A DNA stretch of 64,000 bases, from NCBI GenBank assembly GCA_016190145.1, contig JACPRD010000135.1:28680-92679 (forward strand), in the 5' to 3' direction. Below the pieces are notes generated by a model that saw nothing but the letters and a program-made list of their open reading frames with translations, was not told where the DNA came from and ran no database searches. How positions within the stretch are numbered: position 1 is the first letter of the stretch; the number at the start of each line of letters is the position of its first letter. The stretch is from Planctomycetota bacterium (GTDB lineage: Bacteria > Planctomycetota > MHYJ01 > WSZJ01). A program made the translations under genes and the position numbers. Positions 19,921 through 28,877 of this stretch are shown piece after piece.

Positions 19921-20059
19921 GAGCGCGTGAAGAACTCGAGCGACTGCGGCGGTCGGACCTCGCTTCGCTCGCCCCCGTAACGGAACCGAATCCGAATCGT
20001 CCTCCATGACGGAAAGGGCGGCTCCATCCACTAAGATGGCGGCACTTCCGGAGGAAACC

Positions 20060-21142
20060 ATGAAACGCACCCTGGCCTTCGTACTCGCGGCCGCCGTCGC
20101 GGCCATTGCCGAAGACTCGCCGAAAAAGAACCCGCCGGGCGGCAATGCGAAAGAGAAGCTGTTCTCCGGCAGCGTCAACGCGGGAAGCGCTTCGCCCGCG
20201 GGCGCCGAAATCGCGATCGGCTGGTCGTGGACGCTCGACGCGGACAATTTCTCGGCGAAGGAACCGATCGTGGCGGACGCGAAGGGGCGGTTCGAGAAGT
20301 CGATGCCGTGGAAGGACAAGAAGACGTTTCTCGCGGTGGACAAGGCGCACCGGCTGGGCGCGGGGATGGAGATCAAGGAAGGAGATCTGGCGAAGCCGGT
20401 GACGTTCCGGCTGCAGCCGATGGTGCGGGTGAAGGTCAGGGTGACGTGCAAGGAGGCCGGGCTGTCGACGGCGGGAATCGCGGTGGGCGTGAAGCTCGAC
20501 GGGGCGGAGCGGATCGGGACGGGCACGACGAAGGAGGGGGGGCTGACGCTCCTCCTGCCGCCCGGCGGCTACAAGCTGGAGTTCCGGCAGGAGGGCTGGC
20601 AGCCGCGCGAGGCCCGGTTCGTCGTGCCGCCGAACAAGCCCGAGTTCGCCGCGCCCGACGTGGACCTGACACCGTCGCTGCTCGCGATGAAAATGGGGCA
20701 GGAGATGCCCGAGTGGCACATCGCCGACGCGATCGGGCTGCCGAAGGACGCGAAGCTCGCGAGCCTGCGCGGGAAACGCCTCCTGATCCTGTTCTGGCGC
20801 GACGGCTGTCCGTCGTGCCGCGGCTGGGGCATCCCGAACCTGGTCAAATTCCACGACGCCCACGCGGCATGGATGGACCGGCTGCAGATCGTCGCGTTTC
20901 ACAACAAGGACGCAAGCTCTTCGAAAGACCTGCAGGATTTCCTCGGGAAACAGGACGACATGAAATGGAACGTCCTGAGCCTGCCCTTCCCCGTCGTGAT
21001 CGACGCGCCGGGACCGAGCACCGTGGACGAATGGGGGCCGGGGGTGTTCCCGTACATCGTGCTGCTGGACGCCGAGGGGAAGCTGGAGGCGAAGGGGACG
21101 CTGGAGGAGATCGAGAAGCGGCTGGAGCAGGAACTGAAGTAG
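20060..21142 (+). CDS. Secreted TlpA/redoxin-family protein
   Basis: GGAGG RBS, signal peptide, LRGKRLLILFWRDGCPSC, FPYIVLLDAEGK. Confidence 0.78.
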   Translation: MKRTLAFVLAAAVAAIAEDSPKKNPPGGNAKEKLFSGSVNAGSASPAGAEIAIGWSWTLDADNFSAKEPIVADAKGRFEKSMPWKDKKTFLAVDKAHRLGAGMEIKEGDLAKPVTFRLQPMVRVKVRVTCKEAGLSTAGIAVGVKLDGAERIGTGTTKEGGLTLLLPPGGYKLEFRQEGWQPREARFVVPPNKPEFAAPDVDLTPSLLAMKMGQEMPEWHIADAIGLPKDAKLASLRGKRLLILFWRDGCPSCRGWGIPNLVKFHDAHAAWMDRLQIVAFHNKDASSSKDLQDFLGKQDDMKWNVLSLPFPVVIDAPGPSTVDEWGPGVFPYIVLLDAEGKLEAKGTLEEIEKRLEQELK

Positions 21143-21149
21143 AAGCCGG

Positions 21150-22853
21150 CTACTTCCCCACCCTGACCGTCTCGAACGCACGCCGCGCCATCCCGGAGAA
21201 CTTTTCTACGCTCTCGCGCTTCCCTCCCATGAACAGCAGAACCACCTTGCCGCGCTTGATGACCGCGTAGAGGTGGAGGACCACCACCGTGCCGTCGTTC
21301 TTCGCACCTGCGTAGGAGATGCCGACGGCGGGTTCGCCGTCGACGGTGATCTTCTCGGCGTCGCCCTGTTTTTCGACGCCGGGGACGGCGTCGGTGACCT
21401 GTGCGCGGAGCCACGCCATCGCCTTCTTCTCGCGCACCGACTTGAATTCGGTCGGCTGGGAGACGACGGCCGCGAAGAAGTCGCCGGCGTCGACGCCCTT
21501 CGGGGCGAGCGCGAGCGTGGTCGAAACCCCGTCCTTCGCGGGAGTCGCGGTCCATGCCTTCGGCGCTTTCAGGGAAAAGTCCGCCGTCGCGGCCTCCTTC
21601 GTTTCGTCCTGAGCGAACCGCACCGCGAGGAGGATCGCGCGCAGGTCCGCGCCGAACGCGGTGGCCCCTTCCATGGTGCCCAGGGCGATCAGGAAAATCG
21701 CGCGGCCGCTCCGGACGGCGTAGATCGCGTCCGCGCGGACCTGGACGCCGTCGCGGTCGAACGAGCTCGGCACGCGCACCGCGGCGGCTCCGTCGATCTC
21801 GAATTCCTCGATCGCGCCCGCGGAAACGAGTTTCTCCCCCACGAAGGTCGCGACGGCGTCGCGCAGTTCCTTCTCGGCGCCTTCCACCTTGACGCGCGTC
21901 GCCGCGTCGACGTCGAGTCCGATCGCGAGAATCGCGAGCCCCGCGGAAGCGTCGCCGGGAACGAGAGTATGGACCGTGAATCCTTTCGCCGTCTCCGACG
22001 TCGCCTTCCAGCCTTTCGGGAGCCGCACCTCGAACTGCTCCGCCTTGCAGGTCTCCGCGTCTCCCGGGAACTTGCCGGGGCGGCCCTCGAATCTCACGCG
22101 GCCGATGAAGACCCAGGCGGTGCCGTCGGGGAAGATGTCGTAGACCTGGCCGACGAAGCGTTTCTCGACGTGGCCGTCGTCGAAGGCGAGGGTGAGACCG
22201 GTGCCTTTGACGGCGAATTTCCCCATGCGGCCCCTGGCTTCGGCGCCGTAGAACTGCGTGACCTCGCGCTGCACGGATTCGTACGTCTCGACCTGGGTGC
22301 AGGTCGTGCCGGCGCCGGATTCGAGAACGAACGCGCCGTTCGGGTAGAAGGCGAAGCCGCTCCACGCGGTCGTGGTCATGCCGTACGCGCCGCTCGTGAA
22401 CGACGTGGTGCTGTCGAATTTTCCGGCCAGCGGGAACGTGAGCGGATGGATGGGGGTGTAGCGGAGCGCCGAGGCCTCGATGCGCTCGATCCCGCCCTCC
22501 TTGCCGTACCTGACCTTGCCGGTGCCCTTCGAGCCGTCGCGATACGTGAAGTTGAACTTCTCACCGTCGATCGTGTACGTCCCGACACCGTTCTCCTTTT
22601 CCCCCGCGGTCAGTTCGCGACCGTCGAATTCTTCAATCGCGCCCTCCGGCGCCCCCCACATGAGCGTGCCGTCGCTGCGCAGCGTCCACATGCCCGTGCG
22701 CGCGTTCCCCCACATGTCGGTGACCACCGACCAGCCGTAGAAGACTCCGACGGCATGCCCGTCCTTGACCTTCACGGGAGGCGGGGGGTCCTGCTGGGCG
22801 GAAGCGGGGATCGCGCAGGCGAGGGCGAGCGCGGCGAAGCGGAGAGTTCTCAT
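21150..22853 (-). CDS. Secreted beta-rich hypothetical protein
   Basis: Signal peptide (PASA-Q), normal codon usage; two PsbP-like segments near the C-terminus (tentative). Confidence 0.7.
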   Translation of the reverse strand: MRTLRFAALALACAIPASAQQDPPPPVKVKDGHAVGVFYGWSVVTDMWGNARTGMWTLRSDGTLMWGAPEGAIEEFDGRELTAGEKENGVGTYTIDGEKFNFTYRDGSKGTGKVRYGKEGGIERIEASALRYTPIHPLTFPLAGKFDSTTSFTSGAYGMTTTAWSGFAFYPNGAFVLESGAGTTCTQVETYESVQREVTQFYGAEARGRMGKFAVKGTGLTLAFDDGHVEKRFVGQVYDIFPDGTAWVFIGRVRFEGRPGKFPGDAETCKAEQFEVRLPKGWKATSETAKGFTVHTLVPGDASAGLAILAIGLDVDAATRVKVEGAEKELRDAVATFVGEKLVSAGAIEEFEIDGAAAVRVPSSFDRDGVQVRADAIYAVRSGRAIFLIALGTMEGATAFGADLRAILLAVRFAQDETKEAATADFSLKAPKAWTATPAKDGVSTTLALAPKGVDAGDFFAAVVSQPTEFKSVREKKAMAWLRAQVTDAVPGVEKQGDAEKITVDGEPAVGISYAGAKNDGTVVVLHLYAVIKRGKVVLLFMGGKRESVEKFSGMARRAFETVRVGK

Positions 22854-22910
22854 GGTGGGACGATCATAGCGGAGGCGGCGCCGTCCGGCTCATCCAGTAT
22901 CATCGCGGCG

Positions 22911-23705
22911 ATGCGACTCCCGCTCCGACGGCTGCCGGCGGCCTGCTTCGAACGCTACGTCGCGATCGGCGACAGCTCCACCGAGGGGCTCGAGGACGCC
23001 GACGGCGCGGGGGGCTACCGCGGCTGGGCGAACCGGCTGGCGGAACGCATCGCGGAAGCGCAGGGCGGTCTGCTCTATGCGAACCTGGGCGTGCGGGGGC
23101 TGCGCGCCCGGGAGATCCGCGAGGGGCAGCTCGGTCCCGCGCTCGAGATGAAGCCCGACCTCGCGACGGTCTTCGCGGGCTCGAACGACATGCTCGACCG
23201 CGACTTCGACCCGCACGTTCTTCAGGAGGAAGTCGCGCGCATGCAGGGCGCCCTCGTCGCGGCCGGCGCGGTCGTGCTGACGTTCACGCTGCCGGATCTC
23301 ACCGGCGTGATGCCGATCGGCCGCCTCCTGGCGCGCCGCGTGAGGGCGATGAACGATGCGCTCAAGCAGGCCTCGGCCCGCACGGGGGCCCGGCTCGTCG
23401 ACTTCGCCGCCCACCCCGTCGGCTCGGACCCCCGGCTCTGGACCGAAGACCGCTTCCATGTGAATGCCGAAGGCCACGCCCGGATCGCGGCCGCGCTCGC
23501 GCAGGCGCTGGGACTGCCCGGGACCGACGACGCCTGGAGCCGGCCGCTCCCCGGGACCGACGCGCGCGGGCGCCTGAAGCGCTGGTCGGAGACATGCCGG
23601 TGGTTCCGCCGGCACCTGCTCCGCCGCGTCTTGTCCGGCAACCCTCCGTCGGACGCGTTCCTTCCCAAGCGCCCCCGGCTCGAGCCCGTGATTCCGCGCG
23701 GTTGA
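22911..23705 (+). CDS. SGNH/GDSL hydrolase
   Basis: IGDSSTEG, YANLGVRG, GSND, DRFHVNAEGH. Confidence 0.88.
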   Translation: MRLPLRRLPAACFERYVAIGDSSTEGLEDADGAGGYRGWANRLAERIAEAQGGLLYANLGVRGLRAREIREGQLGPALEMKPDLATVFAGSNDMLDRDFDPHVLQEEVARMQGALVAAGAVVLTFTLPDLTGVMPIGRLLARRVRAMNDALKQASARTGARLVDFAAHPVGSDPRLWTEDRFHVNAEGHARIAAALAQALGLPGTDDAWSRPLPGTDARGRLKRWSETCRWFRRHLLRRVLSGNPPSDAFLPKRPRLEPVIPRG

Positions 23706-23853
23706 TTCGAGAGCGCCGGCGGATTTACGATGGGGGTCGGCAGGACACCTGCGACCCGTCCGGGTCGCCCCCGGCCCCTGACGCGATCCGCGCGGGCCGC
23801 GGCGCCGAATGACCCTGCCTCGGACCCATCACCCGCAACTCAGGAGGCCGATC

Positions 23854-24321
23854 ATGAGCGCTCCCATTCCCGATCGCATCGAGAAAACGGCGGTGTTGAA
23901 CGCGCCGCTCGCGCGCGTCTGGCGGGCCATCGCCGACGCGAAGGAATTTGGCCAGTGGTTCGGTGCCGCACTGGAAGGCGCCTTCGTCGAAGGCCAGCGC
24001 ACCCGGGGCCGGATCACCCACCGCGGATACGAGCACCTGATGCTCGAAGTCACCGTGGAACGCGTGGAGCCGCAGCGGCTCCTCTCGTTCCGGTGGCATC
24101 CCTATGCCGTCGACCTGCGGACGGACTATTCCTCCGAGCCCCCCACGCTCGTCGAATTCAGGCTGGAAGAGGCGGGTCGGAACACGACGCTCACGATCGT
24201 GGAATCCGGGTTCGACCGGATCCCCGCCGAGCGCCGCGCCGAAGCCTGGCGGCAGAACGACGAGGGCTGGACAGCGCAGATGAAGGCGATCGCGGAGCAC
24301 GTCGGGCGGCAGGCCGCTTGA
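23854..24321 (+). CDS. SRPBCC (AHSA1/START-like) protein
   Basis: RVWRAIADAKEFGQWFG, LSFRWHP, LTIVESGFD, NDEGW; AGGAGG RBS. Confidence 0.88.
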   Translation: MSAPIPDRIEKTAVLNAPLARVWRAIADAKEFGQWFGAALEGAFVEGQRTRGRITHRGYEHLMLEVTVERVEPQRLLSFRWHPYAVDLRTDYSSEPPTLVEFRLEEAGRNTTLTIVESGFDRIPAERRAEAWRQNDEGWTAQMKAIAEHVGRQAA

Positions 24322-24403
24322 AGAGCGGCCGGGCCCGAGTCTAGGATGCCGCCGGAAGTGTGCTCCGGAGCGCCCCCCTGCCGTCCAGGACACGAGGTCA
24401 GCC

Positions 24404-24910
24404 ATGACCACGAAATCGATCGCTACGTGGGCAAACTGTTGCGCCGGTTTCGACGTCGACCCTCAGGGCAAGCCGACCGGATCCCAATCCGACGGAGGCC
24501 TCGTCGACCTGATCGCCCCGGGAACAGGGCCGGAGGAGTGGGAGGGATTCTGGGCCGCGCTGCGGCGTGGGCCCTTTGTGCTCAGCGCCTATCGGGACGG
24601 TTGTCCCATTCCGATGCCGGAAACGGCCGCCTGGAGCCTTGCCGAAACTCAGACCGCTACCATGCGTGTGACCGTGCGCACCGGCACGGTCAGCGCCGAC
24701 TGCCACTTTTTCGGGGGCGACTTGGAGATGTCCCTCGACCCGCGCGAAGTGTCCAGCGAACAGGCCTTCCAGTCCCTTCTCGCCCTGATGCGGTCGATCG
24801 CGAGCGCGATCAGGCTGCCCGTTCTGGCCGCGCCGGAGAATGGCGGCGTGGCGAGGGCGTTCCTGCGCGTACGGCCGAACGGGCAGGCGGAGTCCCTGCA
24901 GCCGGGATAG
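24404..24910 (+). CDS. Hypothetical protein
   Basis: GAGG RBS; plausible composition (CHFF..MSLDPREV..PEN). Confidence 0.55.
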   Translation: MTTKSIATWANCCAGFDVDPQGKPTGSQSDGGLVDLIAPGTGPEEWEGFWAALRRGPFVLSAYRDGCPIPMPETAAWSLAETQTATMRVTVRTGTVSADCHFFGGDLEMSLDPREVSSEQAFQSLLALMRSIASAIRLPVLAAPENGGVARAFLRVRPNGQAESLQPG

Positions 24911-24984
24911 CGCGAGCCCGATGGACCATTGGAAACCTCGAGCTTGCACCGCCCGCGACCACCTGACGCACCGGCCAATTCCGC

Positions 24985-25815
24985 CTATCGCGGCATCGCG
25001 ACCGGCGTCACCTCCACCTTCGTCTCCGCCCCGTTGCGCATGACCGTGAAGGTGATCGCCTTCCCCGGACGCGCGGGCAGCACACCCTTCGCGTAGTCGA
25101 GAAGGCCCTTCACCTCGACGTCGCCGACCTTCTTGATGAGATCCCCGACCAGCAGACCCGAGGACTTCCCTCCCCCCTTCGGGTGCAGTTGCCCGACCAT
25201 CAGCCCGTCGATCGAGGCCTTCATGTTCGGCATGACCCCGATGAACGGGATTTCCTCGGGCTTGAGCGAAACGAGCGCGGGGAGCTTCTCGGGCTTGCTG
25301 ACGACCTTTGCCGCGACGATCTTCACTTCCCTGAGCGGCGGCATCCCGTCCCGCTCCGTAGCCGCTTCGTCCTCGATCTTCGTCAGCACGTCCAGCCCCT
25401 CGGTCACCTGGCCGAAGACCGTGTACTGGTTGTCGAGGAACGCCGCCTCCGCGAAGCACAGGAAGAACTGGCTTCCCGCGGAGTTCGGCTCGAACGTGCG
25501 AGCCATCGAGAGGGTGCCTTTCACGTGCTTGCGCGCGTTGAACTCGGCGGGCAGGTAGTACCCGGGTCCGCCGCCGCCGGTCCCCTGCGGATCGCCCCCC
25601 TGCGCCATGAATCCCTTCACGATCCGGTGGAACTTCACCCCGTCGTAGAACTTCTTGTCGCAGAGCGACAGGAAACTCACGACCGTATTCGGGGCGTCCT
25701 GCATGTAGAGTTCGATTTTCAGCGTCCCGAAGTTCGTCTCCATCGAGACGACGGGGTTGTCGGCGGCGAAGAGCGGCGTCGCGAGCAGCAGGACGGCGGC
25801 GAGGAGGCGGGGCAT
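24985..25815 (-). CDS. Secreted cyclophilin-type PPIase with C-terminal PDZ domain
   Basis: FYDGVKFHRIVKGFMAQGGDP, GTLSMAR, SAGSQFF, YTVFGQV; GLLVGDLIKKV. Confidence 0.9.
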   Translation of the reverse strand: MPRLLAAVLLLATPLFAADNPVVSMETNFGTLKIELYMQDAPNTVVSFLSLCDKKFYDGVKFHRIVKGFMAQGGDPQGTGGGGPGYYLPAEFNARKHVKGTLSMARTFEPNSAGSQFFLCFAEAAFLDNQYTVFGQVTEGLDVLTKIEDEAATERDGMPPLREVKIVAAKVVSKPEKLPALVSLKPEEIPFIGVMPNMKASIDGLMVGQLHPKGGGKSSGLLVGDLIKKVGDVEVKGLLDYAKGVLPARPGKAITFTVMRNGAETKVEVTPVAMPR

Positions 25816-25854
25816 CGTGGGCTCCTGAATCGGGGTGAAACGGAGCCCGCGACT

Positions 25855-26796
25855 CTAACCTGCCTTGCGGAACAGGTCGAGGAAGCGGTCTTCGTAATCC
25901 TTGAAGACTCCCAGCCGGTCGAGTTCCTGCTTGAGTTCGAAAGACCTGGCCGGGTCCTGCGCGGCCTGGCGGAAGAGGCGCTCGACGCGGGCACGGTCGG
26001 CGTCGGAAGGGCCGGGTTCAGGCTCGTCCGGAGATTCGGGCTCCACGACGTTTTCGCAGTCGTCGGTCCGGACTTCCATGGCGCTCTGGATCTTCGAAAC
26101 GAGTCCGGTGAGCTGCCGGTCGATGTTCTTCTCGTACCGCACCAGTTCCTCGACGTCGACCTCGATGCCGGAGAGCGCCGAGAAGGATTCCAGGACGGTC
26201 CGCGAGGCCTTGGGATAGGGGATCTGGGCGGCCATGGCGGGGATCTCTCCCAGCAGGCCGACGCCGCGCAGGCCGCGCTCGGCGGCCGCGAGCAGGAAGA
26301 CGCCGTTCAGGCCCGAGATGCGCCCGGACTCGAGCGGCGAAATGTCGTGGCGCTTGAGGGCCGCCAGCCCCTCCGCATCCGTCGCGACTCCGACGACGCG
26401 CGACGGACTCGAGGGGAGCATGTCCGTCGCCATCGATGCGAACGTGTACACCTCGCCCACGCCGAGCCGGGCGGCGGTGTCGAGGAGGCGCGCGCAGAAG
26501 GCGGCGCCGCGGCCGGGCGGGGGCTGGGATTCGCCGAGGAACAAGGCGACGTCGCGGCCGTCTTTCGGATTTTTCCAAAGGAAGAGGCGTCCTTGTGGCG
26601 GCGGGGCCTGGGTGACGAGACCGTCCTTCACATCGACTTCCTGCACGTCGAACAGATCGGAGGCCGGAATCGGCGGCACTTCCCGCATCTGAAGCCGGGA
26701 CATCAGGTAGAAGCCGGCATTCAGCGCGACGTGGCCCATGCCGGGCCAGACTGCGATGAGAGTGGTGGTCGCTTTCTGGCGGGTCATGTCTGTCAT
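25855..26796 (-). CDS. PAC2 (proteasome assembly chaperone) family protein
   Basis: AVWPGMGHVA, FLGESQP, GRISGLNGVFL, LLGE..PYPKAS. Confidence 0.8.
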   Translation of the reverse strand: MTDMTRQKATTTLIAVWPGMGHVALNAGFYLMSRLQMREVPPIPASDLFDVQEVDVKDGLVTQAPPPQGRLFLWKNPKDGRDVALFLGESQPPPGRGAAFCARLLDTAARLGVGEVYTFASMATDMLPSSPSRVVGVATDAEGLAALKRHDISPLESGRISGLNGVFLLAAAERGLRGVGLLGEIPAMAAQIPYPKASRTVLESFSALSGIEVDVEELVRYEKNIDRQLTGLVSKIQSAMEVRTDDCENVVEPESPDEPEPGPSDADRARVERLFRQAAQDPARSFELKQELDRLGVFKDYEDRFLDLFRKAG

Positions 26797-27068
26797 GGCA
26801 GTCTTCCTCCTGAAGCGGCCGGGCCCGAAGATCGATCCGGACCGGGTTCGCCGCACCATAGTGCAGATACCGTGCCAGTTCGGAAATTGGAAGAACGGCG
26901 CAGGCGATATCGATTCTTCCTGGAAGTGCCCCCCGGAATCGCCCGAGCCTGCCGGCAGATTTCGGAGTCTGAGAAAAAATCGGTCCGGCCCGCTAAGTCG
27001 TTTGATGTGTGATGCACCGTCTGCCGGCCACGGCAGCCCCGCCAAAAAGCTACACTGCACTTCCCCCC

Positions 27069-27761
27069 ATGCTCAAAGCCGTTACCTTCGACGCCGGCGA
27101 AACCCTCGTCCGCCCCCGCGGCTCCTACGGCGCCGTCTACGAACGCGTCACCGCCACGTTCGGAATGCGCATCCCCGCGCGCATCTTCGACGAGGAAATT
27201 CCGCGCGCCTTCCGGGCGCTCGAATGGCCGCTGCGCACGTCTCCGGAAATCGAGCGGCGGCGCTGGGAAGAAGTGACGCGCAAGGTGCACGAGGCCCTTC
27301 CCGCGGATCTGCCGTTCAAGGAATGGTTCGAGGCGGTCTACCAGGCGTTCGCCGAGCCCGCGGTGTGGGAGCCCCTTCCCGGCGCCGCCGAAACCCTCAG
27401 GGCGCTGCGCGCCATGGGCCTGCGGACCGCGACGATTTCGAACTGGGACGAACGGCTGACCGGCGTGCTCGACGGGCTCGCGCTCGCACCGCTTCTCGAC
27501 GCCACCTTCATCGCGCCCGACGTCGGCTGGCGCAAGCCCGCGAAGGAAATCTTCCTCGCCGCCTGCCGCGCGCTCGGCGCGTTCCCCGACGAGACGCTTC
27601 ACGTCGGCGACTCCCCCGCCGAAGACGTCACCGGCGCGCGCGCCGCAGGCCTCCACGCCGTTCTCTTCCGCCCCTCCGACCCCACCGCCCTGCGCCACCT
27701 CTCTCACCTGTTGCACAGCGCCCCCCTCGTCATGCACACTGGCGCGCTTCCCCGGGAATAG
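27069..27761 (+). CDS. HAD family hydrolase (subfamily IA)
   Basis: FDAGETL, ISNWD, KPAKEIF, HVGDS..DV.GA. Confidence 0.88.
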   Translation: MLKAVTFDAGETLVRPRGSYGAVYERVTATFGMRIPARIFDEEIPRAFRALEWPLRTSPEIERRRWEEVTRKVHEALPADLPFKEWFEAVYQAFAEPAVWEPLPGAAETLRALRAMGLRTATISNWDERLTGVLDGLALAPLLDATFIAPDVGWRKPAKEIFLAACRALGAFPDETLHVGDSPAEDVTGARAAGLHAVLFRPSDPTALRHLSHLLHSAPLVMHTGALPRE

Positions 27762-27811
27762 TCCCGCCTTCCGGCCTGTTCTCAATCCCGCAGGGGATCA
27801 TCGAGGCCTTC

Positions 27812-28210
27812 ATGAAAAAGCTCTTTGTCGTCCCGCTCGCCCTCTCCGCGGCGCTCGCGATTGCCGACCACAAGGACGGCCAGCCCGCCGAGCCCCAGGT
27901 GCTCAAGGGCGAGGTGGTGGCGCTGACGCTGTACCTGACGGAGGAGATGCACGGGGCCGAGGGCGCGACCGAGGCGCTCGCGGCTCTTCGCGGCGGCTCC
28001 CCCGCCGGCCTGCTCGCGGCGGACGGGACGGTGACGCTGATCCTGGTCACGTCGCAGGAGGGGGGCGAGGCGCTCAAGTACGTGGCGCACAATGTCGAAA
28101 TCACGGGGACCATCCACGAACACGGGGGGATGCGCGCGATCGTTCCGAAGTCGGTAGTGGACCTGGGTGCGGTGGAAACGAAGCCCGTGGGCGGGCACGA
28201 ACACAAGTAG
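27812..28210 (+). CDS. Secreted small protein, Cys-less paralogue of next gene
   Basis: Signal peptide; LKGEVV..GGSPAGLLAADG..VEITGTIHEHGGM aligns with 28251-28649. Confidence 0.75.
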   Translation: MKKLFVVPLALSAALAIADHKDGQPAEPQVLKGEVVALTLYLTEEMHGAEGATEALAALRGGSPAGLLAADGTVTLILVTSQEGGEALKYVAHNVEITGTIHEHGGMRAIVPKSVVDLGAVETKPVGGHEHK

Positions 28211-28250
28211 TCGGATCCTGACGTAAGCGAACCTTTGAGGAGGGCAGGGA

Positions 28251-28649
28251 ATGAAGCTGCGTTGCGTGTTGTGCGTGGGGCTGGCGGCGATGCTGGCCGG
28301 GCTGGCGCTGATGGCGCGTGCGGAGGACAAGAAGGAGGAGGTGACGATCAAGGGCGAGGTCGTGGACATGGCGTGCTGGCTCGAGGAGGGGAAGATGGGG
28401 CCGGACCATGCGAAGTGCGCGAAGGGGTGCGTGAGTGGCGGGACGCCGGCGGGGATCGTGACGGAGGACGGGTCGGTGTATCTCGTGGTGGTTCACGGCA
28501 AGGACGGGAAGTCTCCGTTGTCGCACGTGGCGGAGATGGTGGAGGTGAAGGGTCACGTGGTGGAGCGGGGCGGGATCAAGGGGATCGTTGCGACATCGTG
28601 CACGAAGGTCGAGGCCAAGGGTGAGGGTTCGGAAGGATCGCACAAGTAG
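28251..28649 (+). CDS. Secreted small protein with DxxC..HxxCxxxC motif
   Basis: GEVVDMACWLEEGKMGPDHAKCAKGCVSGGTPAG; GAGGAGG RBS. Confidence 0.78.
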   Translation: MKLRCVLCVGLAAMLAGLALMARAEDKKEEVTIKGEVVDMACWLEEGKMGPDHAKCAKGCVSGGTPAGIVTEDGSVYLVVVHGKDGKSPLSHVAEMVEVKGHVVERGGIKGIVATSCTKVEAKGEGSEGSHK

Positions 28650-28669
28650 AAGAACGGCAACCGCGATTC

Positions 28670-28703
28670 GAGGGGCCGGCCGCGAGGCCGGCCTCTTTCG
28701 TTT
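28670..28703 (+). terminator. Probable intrinsic terminator
   Basis: aggggccggcc-GCGA-ggccggcctct followed by ttcgttt. Confidence 0.65.
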
Positions 28704-28726
28704 GGCGATCGGTCGACCGGCCGCCG

Positions 28727-28855
28727 CGTTCGGAGTTCGGAGTTCGGCGCCCGGAGTTTATTGCTGAGAACGGCCTGGGCTTGTTGAATCGGATGCCGGG
28801 CGCATGCTGCAACGCCGAACTCAACGCCGAACGCCGAACTCCGAACGCCGAACGC
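28727..28855. repeat. Palindrome with inverted GTTCGG(A/C) heptamer arms
   Basis: cgttcggagttcggagttcggcg ... aacgccgaactccgaacgccgaacg; inner gcgcccgg/ccgggcgc. Confidence 0.85.
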
Positions 28856-28877
28856 CCGTCGCGCCGTCGATCCCTCG

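Noticed and set aside
20060-21142. Fourth selenoprotein in the TlpA gene
   Set aside because: CPSC is intact and there is no in-frame TGA
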